A stretch of DNA of 64,000 nucleotides from Thermoanaerobaculia bacterium (GTDB taxonomy: Bacteria > Acidobacteriota > Thermoanaerobaculia > UBA5066), in assembly GCA_036504335.1 (NCBI GenBank), contig DASXVJ010000033.1, positions 97,921 through 161,920 on the forward strand. The letters run 5' to 3'. Made by a program: the position numbers and the translations under genes. Of this stretch, positions 47,484-57,537 are shown in pieces. The notes below the pieces were generated by a model. It had not been told where the DNA came from, ran no database searches, and was given only the letters and a program-made list of their open reading frames with translations. How positions within the stretch are numbered: position 1 is the first letter of the stretch; each line of letters opens with the position of its first letter.

Positions 47484-50400
47484 CTACGGGAGCTTGACCG
47501 GCGTGATCCCCCCTTCGCCGACCGTGAACGTCGTCCCGCCGCCGCCGTCGAGGGCGAGGACGTAGCTGCCCGGCGCGAGGTTCGTGAGGCGCCGGAACCC
47601 CGTCTGCCCGCTCGCGTCGGCCGTGATCGCGAGGCGGCCGTCCGTCGCGAAGAGCGTGTACGGATAGGGCATTCCGGCCGCGGTCCGGAGCGTTCCGCGC
47701 AGGATCCCGTTCACGAACGACTTCGGCCCGACGGAGATGTCCGCCGAACCGCCGGGCGTGAGCGTGACGGCCAGCGCCCGCGACGGCACGGAAACGCTGG
47801 CGACGTACACGGTCGCGTACCCGCTCGCGTTCACGAACAGGGAGTAGCCGCCCGGCTTGAGCGACGTGATCTCGCCGGCGCCGTTCGAATCGAGCGAGAT
47901 CGTCCCGGCGTAAACGGCCGCCTTCGTCCCGTCGAGGACGCGCACGGACACGCTGCGCATCGGGACGCCCGCGAGCCCGTCGCGCGCCTGGATCTCGATT
48001 CCCTGCCCGCGCGCGAGCTCGACCGCGAGGTTCTCGCTCGAGCCGTCGTCGGCGGCCGTGATTGCGCGCTTGTCGTACTGGTAGTCCGGCTTCGACGCGT
48101 TGAGCGTGTACGCCTGCGGTGCGATGTCCGTGAACTGGAACCGGCCCGTCGAGTCCGTCTGCGTCATCCGCTGGACGCCGCCGGAGCCGTTCGCCGCCGG
48201 CGGCGCCGAGAGCCCGACCGTAACGTCGGCGAGCGGCTGCTTCGTGTCCGAGTCCGTGACGAGCCCCGCGACCTTCGCCGTCGGGAAGGTCAGGTCGAGG
48301 CTCTGGTCCCCCGTGAGCGACACCGTCTGGCGCACCATCGACGCGCCGCCGCCCGTGAGCGGGTCGGCCGACGCGGAGACCGCGTACGAGCCCTCCTGCA
48401 GTCCCTGGAGCACGTAGGCGCCCGACTCGTCCGTGCGCGCGGTCGCCTGACGGCCGCCTCCGCCCTGCAGGTTCGCGACGACCATCGCGTTCGCGAGGGG
48501 CTGGCTCGCGCGCGTCACGCGGCCCGACAGCGTGAACCCGACGTCGAAGACGATCTCCGTCTGGAGAAGCGGCACGTCGTCGGCCGCCGTGACCTGCTTC
48601 GTCGCGCTGCGCGACGTCCCCATGCCGTCGCCCGCCTGCGCGCGCAGCGTGACGGGCCCGGCCGGGACGCCCGTGACCTGGAACGAGCCGTCCGAGCCGA
48701 CCTTCGTCGTCGCGAAGAACGACTCGACGCCGGTCGCGATCACGGTCGTCTGGCTCTTCCAGCCGTCCGGAAGGCCGGCGACGACGCCTTGAATCGTCGA
48801 GCCCGCCGAGAGCGACAGCACGAGGTCGCTGCGCGTGTCGCCCGACTGAAGGACGACCTCCGAGAGGTTGCTCGATTTGCCGTTCAGGCCCGCCGACGCG
48901 CTGTATCGGCCCGCGACGAGATGGTCGAAGACGAACCGGCCCGTGGCGTCGCTCGTCGTCGTCTGCCCGCCGCCGAGGATGCGCCCGAACCCGGCCTCAC
49001 CCGCGCCCGCGAGCGAGACGCTCGCGCCGGGCACGGGCTGGTTGCCCGAAACGACGACGCCGCCCACCGAGCCGCCGGAGGCGAGCTTGATCTCGACGCT
49101 TCCGCCGGTCTCCTTGACGTCCGCGACCTCGCTCCCGTCCGCGTAGTCGGGGCTCTTCGCCGTGACTTTCACGCGTCCCGCCGCAATCCCCTCGACGGTG
49201 AACGCGCCCTCGGCGTCCGTCGTCGTCTCGTCGCCGCCGTCGAGACCCAGCGGGCCGCCGCGGCCGAACATCCCGCCCGGGCCGCCACCGCCGGCGCCCG
49301 CCGGCTCCCACGACACCGCCGCATTCGCGACCGGGCGTCCGGTCTTCGCGTCCGACACGCGCCCTTTGAGGAGCGTGCCCGGCGTTGCGCGCACCTCGAC
49401 GCCGTCCTTCGTCCCGCCGTCGTCGACGGCGAGACTTGCGACGCGGGCCGTCTGGTACCCCTTCGCGTCGAGAACGACGGTCCACGTCCCCGCGGGCACG
49501 TCCTCGAGCGCGAAAGCGCCGTCTTCCGCCTGGAAGTCGCGTTTCTGTCCGATGCCGGTCTGCGCCCCCGCTCCGCGCGCGACCATGCGGATGACCATTC
49601 CCCCGCCGCGGTCGGGCTCGTACGAGACCGAGAAGTTCCGGAGCGGCTGGCCCGTCCGCGCGTCGAGGGCGACGCCGGCGATGCGGCCCGTGCCCGAGAC
49701 GACGATGTCCACGCCGGCCGCCGGCGCCACGACTCCGCGTTTCTGCGGCCCCATTCCACCGCCGCCGAACGCGGAGAGGTCGTAGGCCTGCCCCGCCTTG
49801 AGGCCGTCGATGAAGAAACCTCCGTCGACGCCCGTCGCATTGTCGGCCCCGATCGCGTTCAACAGGCCGGCCCCGGGCCCGCCGCCGCCCCCGCGTCCGC
49901 CGCGGCCGCCGCCGGCCGCCTCGCCGGCGCGCACGAGGAATCCCTCCACGCCCTCGCCGTTCCTGCGGCGGACCGCGCCCGAGATGCTCGCACCCGGCCC
50001 CATGGTCACGAGAACGGGCTCGACGCCCTGCTCGGCGACCTTGACGGGGTCGACGCGCTCGGTCGCGAAGCCGGGCTTCTTGAGGACGAGCGCGTACTCG
50101 CCGACCGAGATGCCCTTGATCGCGAACGCGCCGTCCGCGCCCGTCTTCGTCTTCGGCCGCGCGCTCGCGCCGCCCAGGCGCACGACGTTCATCGCGACGC
50201 CGCCGGCGCCGCCCCGAAAGTTCACGGACGGATCCACCTGGACCTCGACGTCCGCGAGCGGCTGGTCGGCGCCGTCCTTCACGAAGCCCGTGATCGTCGC
50301 GCCGCGCTTGAGGACGACGGTGACGCCCGCCTTCGTCCCGCCGGCCGGGAGGGACAGGCCCGCGAGCGTCGCGCGCTCGAACTCCGCGTGGCTCACGAAA

Positions 50401-51782
50401 AGGCGCTGGTTGTCACCGGGCGCGAGCCGCGAGGCCGTGAACGTCCCGTCGGGGCGCGTCCGGAATGCCGTGGTCTCGGCGCCGATCCGCAGCATGCGCC
50501 GGAGGCCCGCGACGCCGCTCTCGCCGCCGCGCGTGAGCGTGCCGCGCGCCGCGGCCACGGGGGCGCCGCTCTCGTCGACGACCTTGCCTGCGAGGGACGC
50601 CCCGAGCGTGAGCGCTATGTCGAGCTTCTTCGCCTCGCCGGGCGCGAGCGCGAGCGCGGCCTGGACCCACGGCACGTGGCGCGCCTCGTCCACCGCGAGA
50701 CGGTACGTCTCGGGCGGCACGCCTTTCAGCGCGTACGTGCCGTCGGGGGCCGCGCGGACGAGGCGCGCGAACGCGTTCCCCTTGAGGAGGAGCTTCGCCC
50801 GCGGTACGGGCTTGCCGGTCTTGTCCTCGACGACCTTGCCGGTGAGCGCCGAGGGCGCGGCCAGCGTGACCGTCAGCGCGCGGCCGTCGGGGAGCGGAAG
50901 CTTGACGTCCGGTCTCGCGGCCCAGCCCGAGTCGCCGGCGTCGACGACGAGAGACCCGCGGCCGTCCGGCGCGTTTGGGATCGAGAAGGCGCCCTCGGCG
51001 TCCGTCAGGGCCCAGCGCGTCGTCGCTTTCACGCCCTCGAAGCGCACGAGCGCGCCCGCGACGGACCGCCTGGCGGCGTCGCGGACGACGCCCGCGATCG
51101 GAAACCCGGCCGCGAGCGCGATCGGCTTCGCGAGACCGCCGGCGCGCAGACCCGACGAGCGTGCGGGCGCGAGACCGTCCTTCATCACCGTGATCCGGTT
51201 GCCCGTGGCGCCCGCCTCCTCGAAACGGAAGACGCCGTCCGCGCCCGTCACGACGATCCGCGCGAGAGTCCGGAGCGACGGGTCACCCGGGCCGCCGCCG
51301 CCCGGCTCGAGGACGACTTCGGCGCCCGCGAGCGGCGCGCCGGAGGCGTCCACGGCGGTGCCGGAGATTTTCTCGGCGCGCGACAGAAGGTGCTCGCCGA
51401 GGTCGTCTGACTCGGATGTGTCGTAGACGTCCTCGAAGAGGATCGGCACGACGCCGGCGCCTTCGGCCTGGACGCGGAAGAGTCTCTCCTTGCCGGCCTC
51501 CGCGGGGACGGAGAGCGCGAAGGAGCCGTCGGCTCCTGTGGTCGCCGCCGCGAAGGGCTTCGGGGCGGCCGAAGCCGGACCGGCCTTCGCCTCGCGCCGC
51601 GCCTCCTCCCCCGGTGTCTCCCACGCGACGGCGGAGACCGTCACGCCTGCGGCGGGGCGGTCGCCCCGGTCCGAGACGAGAAGCCTCCCGCGGATCTCGC
51701 CGGCGGAAGCGGAGAGCGCGAGACTGACGGGAAGCAGGAGGACGAGACGGCCGGGCCGAAGCGCTTTCAGGGGCGTTTTCAC
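47484..51782 (-). CDS. giant secreted protein of ~13-14 tandem CarboxypepD_reg-like domains
   Basis: GTG 51782 is preceded by GGAGG (the track start is 51797). A repeated ~90-100-aa unit of the type G.V.D..G.P...A.V.........T.ADG.F....L..G.Y runs throughout. Signal peptide LLLPVSLALSASAG. Confidence 0.75.
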   Translation of the reverse strand: MKTPLKALRPGRLVLLLPVSLALSASAGEIRGRLLVSDRGDRPAAGVTVSAVAWETPGEEARREAKAGPASAAPKPFAAATTGADGSFALSVPAEAGKERLFRVQAEGAGVVPILFEDVYDTSESDDLGEHLLSRAEKISGTAVDASGAPLAGAEVVLEPGGGGPGDPSLRTLARIVVTGADGVFRFEEAGATGNRITVMKDGLAPARSSGLRAGGLAKPIALAAGFPIAGVVRDAARRSVAGALVRFEGVKATTRWALTDAEGAFSIPNAPDGRGSLVVDAGDSGWAARPDVKLPLPDGRALTVTLAAPSALTGKVVEDKTGKPVPRAKLLLKGNAFARLVRAAPDGTYALKGVPPETYRLAVDEARHVPWVQAALALAPGEAKKLDIALTLGASLAGKVVDESGAPVAAARGTLTRGGESGVAGLRRMLRIGAETTAFRTRPDGTFTASRLAPGDNQRLFVSHAEFERATLAGLSLPAGGTKAGVTVVLKRGATITGFVKDGADQPLADVEVQVDPSVNFRGGAGGVAMNVVRLGGASARPKTKTGADGAFAIKGISVGEYALVLKKPGFATERVDPVKVAEQGVEPVLVTMGPGASISGAVRRRNGEGVEGFLVRAGEAAGGGRGGRGGGGGPGAGLLNAIGADNATGVDGGFFIDGLKAGQAYDLSAFGGGGMGPQKRGVVAPAAGVDIVVSGTGRIAGVALDARTGQPLRNFSVSYEPDRGGGMVIRMVARGAGAQTGIGQKRDFQAEDGAFALEDVPAGTWTVVLDAKGYQTARVASLAVDDGGTKDGVEVRATPGTLLKGRVSDAKTGRPVANAAVSWEPAGAGGGGPGGMFGRGGPLGLDGGDETTTDAEGAFTVEGIAAGRVKVTAKSPDYADGSEVADVKETGGSVEIKLASGGSVGGVVVSGNQPVPGASVSLAGAGEAGFGRILGGGQTTTSDATGRFVFDHLVAGRYSASAGLNGKSSNLSEVVLQSGDTRSDLVLSLSAGSTIQGVVAGLPDGWKSQTTVIATGVESFFATTKVGSDGSFQVTGVPAGPVTLRAQAGDGMGTSRSATKQVTAADDVPLLQTEIVFDVGFTLSGRVTRASQPLANAMVVANLQGGGGRQATARTDESGAYVLQGLQEGSYAVSASADPLTGGGASMVRQTVSLTGDQSLDLTFPTAKVAGLVTDSDTKQPLADVTVGLSAPPAANGSGGVQRMTQTDSTGRFQFTDIAPQAYTLNASKPDYQYDKRAITAADDGSSENLAVELARGQGIEIQARDGLAGVPMRSVSVRVLDGTKAAVYAGTISLDSNGAGEITSLKPGGYSLFVNASGYATVYVASVSVPSRALAVTLTPGGSADISVGPKSFVNGILRGTLRTAAGMPYPYTLFATDGRLAITADASGQTGFRRLTNLAPGSYVLALDGGGGTTFTVGEGGITPVKLP

Positions 51783-51942
51783 GGAGGGAACCTCCACGTC
51801 GTTTTGACCCTATTGGGGCCGGACGCCCGCTGTCGAGCAACGTCGCTGCCAGCGAAACGCGTCGCCCCAGACGCCCCGCGCGCGCATCCTGGTCAGACGC
51901 CGGGGAGCGTCGAAAGGTTACGCACCGTGGCAAGCTGCGCGC

Positions 51943-52968
51943 GTGAAGATGGCGACGACACGGGTTTACGCGCCGCCGGGCGACGTCGTGCGGCTCACTT
52001 CGGTCGAGCCGCTCGTCTTCGAGCTCGCCGACCGGCTCTGGGACCTTGCGCCGGCCGACGCCGAAGGCGGGATTCGGATGGAGATCCTGCATTCGGAGAA
52101 AGAGGGGGATTTCTTAGAAGGCGCGTGGGAGGACGGCGCACCGGCGAGTGGCTCGCCGCGGGGCGACGCCGGTCTCGCTTTCTCATTCGAAGAAGAACAG
52201 CAGTGGGTGCACGAGGGGAACGAATACCGCTGCGACGTCTCCGGCGCGCTCTCTTTGTCGATCGACTTCGCGACGGCCCGCGTCGCCGCGCACCTCGCTC
52301 CCCGTCTGTCCCTCTTACTTTCAAAGAAATCTTCCTCTTCTCCTTCTCTCTCTTCTTCCCTCTTGTCCTTTCTCGCCCGCACGCTCCTCGAGGCGCCCGC
52401 GGCCGTCCTCCTCGGCCGCCGCGGCTGGCAGGTGCTGCACGCGGGCGCCGTCGTCGGGCCGCGCGGGGCCGCCGTCGTGCGCGGCCCTTCCGGCGCGGGC
52501 AAGTCGACGCTCGTCGCCGCCGCGCACCGCGCGGGCCTCGGCGTCCTCGGCGACGAGAGCGTCTTCGTGTCGCGCCTGGATCCCGACGCGCTCGCGGCGA
52601 GCGTGCGGGACCTCGCTCTGCGCGAGGACTCGGCGCGCCTTCTCGGCATTTTCGACGTGACGGAGCCCGCCTTCACGGGCCGCGAGGTGAAGCGGCGCGT
52701 GGACCTCTTCGACGGGAGCGCGCCGCGCGACCGCCGCGCGCGCCGCGCCGCGACGGTTCTGCTCGGACCGCGCGAGCCGGGGCCCGCGCGCCTCGCGCCG
52801 CTCAGGGGTGTTGCGTTTCTCGACGCGTTCCGCGCGGGTGGGATCCCGCAGGAGCGGCCGGGCGACCCCGATGCCGTGGCCCGCGCGTGGGCCGCGGACG
52901 CATGGCACCTCTCGGGTGCGTCCGACCTCGATGGCGCCGTTCGCCTGCTGAAAGACCTCGTCACCTGA
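51943..52968 (+). CDS. HPr kinase C-terminal-domain-like P-loop protein (HprK-related kinase)
   Basis: 341 aa. LHAGAVVGPRGAAVVRGPSGAGKSTLVAAA resembles the HprK/P C-terminal Walker A region (G.SG.GKS). Confidence 0.6.
   Translation: MKMATTRVYAPPGDVVRLTSVEPLVFELADRLWDLAPADAEGGIRMEILHSEKEGDFLEGAWEDGAPASGSPRGDAGLAFSFEEEQQWVHEGNEYRCDVSGALSLSIDFATARVAAHLAPRLSLLLSKKSSSSPSLSSSLLSFLARTLLEAPAAVLLGRRGWQVLHAGAVVGPRGAAVVRGPSGAGKSTLVAAAHRAGLGVLGDESVFVSRLDPDALAASVRDLALREDSARLLGIFDVTEPAFTGREVKRRVDLFDGSAPRDRRARRAATVLLGPREPGPARLAPLRGVAFLDAFRAGGIPQERPGDPDAVARAWAADAWHLSGASDLDGAVRLLKDLVT
52310..52374 (+). repeat. low-GC pyrimidine tract containing the motif CCCTCTTACTTTCAAAGAAATCTTCCTCTTCTC
   Basis: 28 of 33 nt match the reverse complement of 61703-61737. 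It lies inside the HprK-like CDS and encodes LLSKKSSSSPSLSSS. Confidence 0.8.
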
Positions 52969-53026
52969 CGCTTCCGTAACGGGGGTCACGCTCGAGGGGC
53001 GAGACGGCGTCCTAGTCTCTCCGGAC

Positions 53027-54514
53027 ATGCCATCCGGGCCGAAGGTCCTCCTCGCCCACGCCTACTACCTCGCGCACGACGCGAAGCAGATGCGGAAGAT
53101 GAAGCCCTATCCGCCGCTCGCGACGCTTCTCGCGGCGGCCGTCCTCCGGGCGCGCGGATTCGACGTCGTGTTCTTCGACGCGATGCTGGCCGCCGACGAG
53201 CGCGAGTTCGCGCGGGCGCTCGACGCATCGGGCGCGCGGATCGTCGGCATCCTCGAGGACAACTTCAACTTCCTGACGAAGATGTGCACGACGCGCAACC
53301 GCGAGGCGGCTCTTGCGATGACCTCCGCCGCCCGGGCGCGCGGGTGCCGCGTGGCCGTGAACGGCGCCGACGCGACGGACCACGCCGCCGCGTACCTCGC
53401 GGCCGGCGCGGACGCGGTGATCCTCGGCGAGCCCGAGCACGCCATGGCCGAGCTCGCGGCGCTCTGGGCGGCCGACCCTGCGGCGGTTCTCGAACCCGTG
53501 CGCGGCCTCGCGCTCGACGGAGGGACCGGTCTCGACGGTGCTCCGGCCGTGCGCCGCACGCCGACAAGGCCCTTCCTCGAGGACCTCGACGCCTTGCCGC
53601 TGCCGGCGTGGGACCTCGTCGACTCGGAGGCGTACCGGACGGCGTGGGCACGCGCGCACGGACGGCTCTCCTGGAACCTCGTGACGACGCGCGGCTGCCC
53701 GTTCCACTGCAACTGGTGCGCGAAGCCCCTCTGGGGCACGCGCTACGCCCAGCGCAGCCCCGCGAACGTCGCGGACGAGGTCCGCCTGCTCGCGGACACG
53801 GTGCGCCCGGACCACCTCTGGTTCGCGGACGACATCTTCGGTCTCTCGCCGCGCTGGACGGAGTCCTACGCCGAGGCGCTCGCCGAGCGGCGTGTCAGGA
53901 TCCCGTTCACGATGCAGTCGCGCGTCGACCTCATGACGCCCTCCGCCGTCGCGGCGCTCGCCGCCGCGGGCGCCGAAGAGGTCTGGATGGGCGTCGAGTC
54001 CGGTTCACAGCGGATCCTCGACGCGATGGACAAGGGCACGCGCATCGGCCAGGTCCGGACGGCGACGCGCCTCCTCCGGAGTCACGGGATCCGCGTCGCG
54101 TGGTTCCTCCAGCTCGGCTACACGGGCGAGACGTGGGCGGACCTGCTCGCGACGCGCGACCTCGTCCGCAGCGAGCGGCCGGATGATGTCGGCGTCTCCG
54201 TGGCCTACCCGCTGCCCGGGACGCTCTTTCACGAGCGTGTGAAGGAGCAGCTCGGCGCGCGGACGAACTGGAGCGACAGCGACGACCTCGCCATGATGTT
54301 CCGCGGCACGTACACGAGCGCGTTCTACCGGCGCGTGCGCGACGTCCTGCACGAGGAAGTCGCGGCCTTCGCGGCCGGCACGAACGCCGCCGCCGAGACG
54401 CAGCTCGCCTGCGACGAGAGGTGGCGCGAGCTGGACGACACCGAAAGCCTGCATCGCTCCGAACCTCCCGAGGTCGAGGCCTCGGGGCCGCGCCTCCGCG
54501 TCGCGCGCGCGTGA
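53027..54514 (+). CDS. B12-binding domain radical SAM enzyme (1)
   Basis: 495 aa. The N-terminal Rossmann-like B12 region (KVLLAHAYY...PPLATLLAAAVLRARGFDVVFFD) is followed by the TTRGCPFHCNWC CxxxCxxC cluster. Confidence 0.88.
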   Translation: MPSGPKVLLAHAYYLAHDAKQMRKMKPYPPLATLLAAAVLRARGFDVVFFDAMLAADEREFARALDASGARIVGILEDNFNFLTKMCTTRNREAALAMTSAARARGCRVAVNGADATDHAAAYLAAGADAVILGEPEHAMAELAALWAADPAAVLEPVRGLALDGGTGLDGAPAVRRTPTRPFLEDLDALPLPAWDLVDSEAYRTAWARAHGRLSWNLVTTRGCPFHCNWCAKPLWGTRYAQRSPANVADEVRLLADTVRPDHLWFADDIFGLSPRWTESYAEALAERRVRIPFTMQSRVDLMTPSAVAALAAAGAEEVWMGVESGSQRILDAMDKGTRIGQVRTATRLLRSHGIRVAWFLQLGYTGETWADLLATRDLVRSERPDDVGVSVAYPLPGTLFHERVKEQLGARTNWSDSDDLAMMFRGTYTSAFYRRVRDVLHEEVAAFAAGTNAAAETQLACDERWRELDDTESLHRSEPPEVEASGPRLRVARA

Positions 54515-54527
54515 CGCCGGGCGGCCC

Positions 54528-55349
54528 GTGCACCCCCTCCCCGCCGCCGTCCGGGCCTTCGACGCCCTCGCCCCGGGCTTCGACGCCGCCTTCTCCGGAT
54601 GGGCGTCCGTCGCCGCCCAGCGCCGCGCCGTACGCCGCGAGCTCCTCGCCGCGTTTCCGCCGGGCGCCCGCCTGCTCGAGCTCGGAGGCGGCACCGGCGA
54701 GGACGCGCTCTTTCTCGCCTCCGAGGGCCGCGGCGTGCACGTGACCGACGGTGCACCCGCGATGGTCGCGCAAACGCGCGCGAAGGCCCGGGCCGCCGGC
54801 CTCGACGGCCTCGTGACGACCGAGCGCGTGGCGCTCGAGGACCTCGGCGCCTGGGACGCGGCGCGCGGCGGCGCGCCCTTCGACGGCGTCTTCTCGAACT
54901 TCGCGTCGCTCAACTGCGTCACGGACCATGCCTCCGTCGCGCGCGGCCTGGCACGCGTCCTTCCGCCGGGCGCCCGCGCCCTGCTCGTCGTCTTCGGCCC
55001 CGCCTCGCCGTCCGAAGTCGCCGTGCTGCTCCTGCGCGGGCGCTTCCGGGCGGCGTTCCGGCGCTTCTCGCGCGCCCCCGCGCCGGCGCGCGTCGCCGGC
55101 GAGACGTTCACGGTGACGTATCCGGCGCCGCGCGCGTTCGCCGCCGCGTTCTCCCCGTGGTTCGCGCTCCGGAGGACGACGGGCATCGGCGTCTTCGTGC
55201 CGCCGAGCTCCGCCGAGCCGTGGATCTCGCGCGTCCCGCTCGCGCTCGCCGCGGCCGAGGCGCTCGATCGCGTCTTCGCCCGGCCGCTTGCGCTCCTCGC
55301 GGACCACGTTCTCCTCGACTTCGTGCGCACGGACGCGGAGGCCCCGTGA
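54528..55349 (+). CDS. class I SAM-dependent methyltransferase (1)
   Basis: 273 aa. Motif I LLELGGGTGEDALFLA and post-I VHVTDGAPAM. Confidence 0.8.
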   Translation: MHPLPAAVRAFDALAPGFDAAFSGWASVAAQRRAVRRELLAAFPPGARLLELGGGTGEDALFLASEGRGVHVTDGAPAMVAQTRAKARAAGLDGLVTTERVALEDLGAWDAARGGAPFDGVFSNFASLNCVTDHASVARGLARVLPPGARALLVVFGPASPSEVAVLLLRGRFRAAFRRFSRAPAPARVAGETFTVTYPAPRAFAAAFSPWFALRRTTGIGVFVPPSSAEPWISRVPLALAAAEALDRVFARPLALLADHVLLDFVRTDAEAP

Positions 55350-56164
55350 GCGAGCCCGCGCGCCGCCGCTGGGCCCGCGCCTACGCCCGGCTGCGCCGGA
55401 CCGAGGGCCGCGGCGCCGGAGGCACGCGCGAGCTCTTCTCGCTCCCGTGGGTCACGGACGGCCCGCTCGCCGCGCAGTGGCGGATCCGCGCGCGCACCTT
55501 CGACGCCTTCCTCCGGCGCGTCGTGGCTCCCCTCGAGCGCGAGCGGGGGAAGGCGCTCCACGTCCTCGACCTCGGCGCGGGCAACGGCTGGCTCTCGGCG
55601 CGCCTCGCGGAGCGCGGCCATCGCTGCGTCGCGACGGACCTCCGTGTCGACGACGTGGACGGCCTCGCGGCCGCGGCGCCGTTCGCCCGGCGCCTCCCGC
55701 GCATGTTCGGACGCGTGGCGGCCTCGTTTGACGCGCTCCCGCTCCGCCCGCGGCTCTTCGACCTCGTCGTCTTCGACGCGTCGCTGCACCTCGCGGAGGA
55801 TCTCCCGCGCGCCCTCGCCGAGGCCGCGCGTGCCGCGGCGCCCGGCGGCCGCGTCGCGGTCCTCGACTCCCCGTTCTACGCGCACGCCGCCTCGGGCGAC
55901 GCGATGCGCGCCGAGAAGCGCCTCGAGACCGCGGCGCGTTTCGCCGACGTCGCCGAGGATCTCCTCGCGCTCTCGCCCGTCGAGTTCCTCACCGAGGAGC
56001 GGCTCGAGGCGGCCGCCGCGCCCGCGGGTCTCGCCTTCCGGCGCAGGCGCGTCCTCTACACCGCCGCGTACGAGGCGCGCGGCGTCGTCGCACGGCTGAA
56101 GGGCGCGCGCGCCCCGTCGCGCTTCGACCTCTGGGTCTCGGGCGCCCCGGGGGGCGCCGCGTGA
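55346..56164 (+). CDS. class I SAM-dependent methyltransferase (2)
   Basis: GTG 55346 overlaps the upstream stop (GTGA). Motif I VLDLGAGNGWLSARLA, and AAPGGRVAVLD. It lies within track ORF 54599..56164. Confidence 0.7.
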   Translation: MSEPARRRWARAYARLRRTEGRGAGGTRELFSLPWVTDGPLAAQWRIRARTFDAFLRRVVAPLERERGKALHVLDLGAGNGWLSARLAERGHRCVATDLRVDDVDGLAAAAPFARRLPRMFGRVAASFDALPLRPRLFDLVVFDASLHLAEDLPRALAEAARAAAPGGRVAVLDSPFYAHAASGDAMRAEKRLETAARFADVAEDLLALSPVEFLTEERLEAAAAPAGLAFRRRRVLYTAAYEARGVVARLKGARAPSRFDLWVSGAPGGAA

Positions 56165-57537
56165 TCCTCCTCGTGAACACGCGCGCCACGCGGGCGAAGA
56201 ACCGGCGTTTTCCGCTCTCCCTCCTCGCCCTCGCGGCGGCGCTGCCCGAGGACGTCACGTGGCAGATCGTCGACGGCAACCTCGAAGGGTCCGACCCGGC
56301 CGTCGAGGCCGCCGGGATCGTCGCCGCGCGCGCCGGGACCGGCGACCCCGTGCGGCTGATCGGCATGACGGTCATGCCGGGGCCTCAGCTCCTGTCGGCC
56401 GTGCCCGTCGCGCGCGCCCTGAAGGACCGCTTCCCGGACCTTCCGATCGTGTGGGGCGGCTACTTCCCGAGCCTCTACCCGGCGCCGGTCCTGCGCGCAC
56501 CGTACGTGGACTACCTCGTCCGCGGACAGGGCGAGCGCACGCTCGTCGAGCTCCTCGCCGTCCTCGACGGGCGCGTTGACCCCGCGTCCGTCGCGGGCCT
56601 CGGCTGGAAGGACGGCGAAAACGCCGGAGTTCCGCGCGTCAACGCCGAGCGCGCGTGGGAGGGCCCGGACGCGTTCCCTCGCGTGCCGTGGCGGCGCGTC
56701 GACGTTCCGACGTACCTGCGCCCGTCGGCGCTCGGGGCGAAGAGCGGCGTCTATCAGGCGTCGATCGGGTGTCCCTACACGTGCAACTTCTGCGGCGTCA
56801 TCGGCGCGTTCGGCAGCCGCGAGAAGTTCGCGTCGCCCTCGCGCACCGAGGCCGATCTCGCGCACCTCGCCGGGACGCACGGGATGGACTCCGTCCACTT
56901 CTACGACAACAACTTCTTCCTGCGCGAGGAGCACGCCCTCGAGCTCTGCGAGCGGATCGCGCCGCTCGGGCTGAAATGGTGGGCCGAGGCGCGGATCGAC
57001 GCGATGCTGCGTTTCTCCGACGCGACGTGGCGGACGATCCGGCGCGCGGGCCTCACGATGGCGTACTTCGGGGCGGAGTCGGGCTCGAACGAGCGCCTCA
57101 GGAAGATGTCGAAGAACCTGACGATCGAGCAGACGCTCGCGCTCGCCGCGAAGACCAGAGAGCACGGGATCCTGCCGGAGTTCTCGTTCGTCTTCGGCGA
57201 CCCGGACGACCCCGAGGACGACGTCCAGACGAATCTCGCGTTCATCGAGAAGCTCGCCGCGGTCAACCCGGACCTCAAACTCATCACGTACTTCTACACG
57301 CCGACGCCGCAGCGCCGCGGGACGTACGGGAACGTCGACCCGCTGTCGACGACGCCCGCGACGCTCGAGGAGTGGACGACGCCCGAGTGGCTCGGCTGGA
57401 TGACGCACGAGGACCCGAAGGTCCCGTGGCTGCCGCCGCGGCTCAAGGGGCGCGTCGAGGACTTCGCCCGCCGGCTGAAGGGCGGCCTCGCGCCCGCGGA
57501 CTCACAGGCCTACGGCCACCTGAGGGAGGCCTCGTGA
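56161..57537 (+). CDS. B12-binding domain radical SAM enzyme (2)
   Basis: 458 aa with a GTGA overlap. B12-like N-terminal region (ILLVNTRA...LIGMTVMPGPQL) and the SIGCPYTCNFC cluster. Confidence 0.85.
   Translation: MILLVNTRATRAKNRRFPLSLLALAAALPEDVTWQIVDGNLEGSDPAVEAAGIVAARAGTGDPVRLIGMTVMPGPQLLSAVPVARALKDRFPDLPIVWGGYFPSLYPAPVLRAPYVDYLVRGQGERTLVELLAVLDGRVDPASVAGLGWKDGENAGVPRVNAERAWEGPDAFPRVPWRRVDVPTYLRPSALGAKSGVYQASIGCPYTCNFCGVIGAFGSREKFASPSRTEADLAHLAGTHGMDSVHFYDNNFFLREEHALELCERIAPLGLKWWAEARIDAMLRFSDATWRTIRRAGLTMAYFGAESGSNERLRKMSKNLTIEQTLALAAKTREHGILPEFSFVFGDPDDPEDDVQTNLAFIEKLAAVNPDLKLITYFYTPTPQRRGTYGNVDPLSTTPATLEEWTTPEWLGWMTHEDPKVPWLPPRLKGRVEDFARRLKGGLAPADSQAYGHLREAS

Noticed and set aside
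46134-51410. 1758-aa plus-strand ORF, the longest in the track
   Set aside because: It is antisense to the giant CarboxypepD_reg gene. Its composition is dominated by R/A/D/E/G/P with no motifs or repeats, which is typical of a shadow ORF in ~70% GC DNA. The minus-strand frame has a clear signal peptide and domain periodicity.
52310-52374. The low-GC CT/AG-rich tracts (also 61694-61742 and 62521-62570) considered as a possible CRISPR array or MITE
   Set aside because: There is no regular repeat-spacer periodicity. The copies lie inside intact reading frames, with no terminal inverted repeats or target-site duplications that I could identify. They are kept as a motif finding, not as CRISPR or a mobile element.
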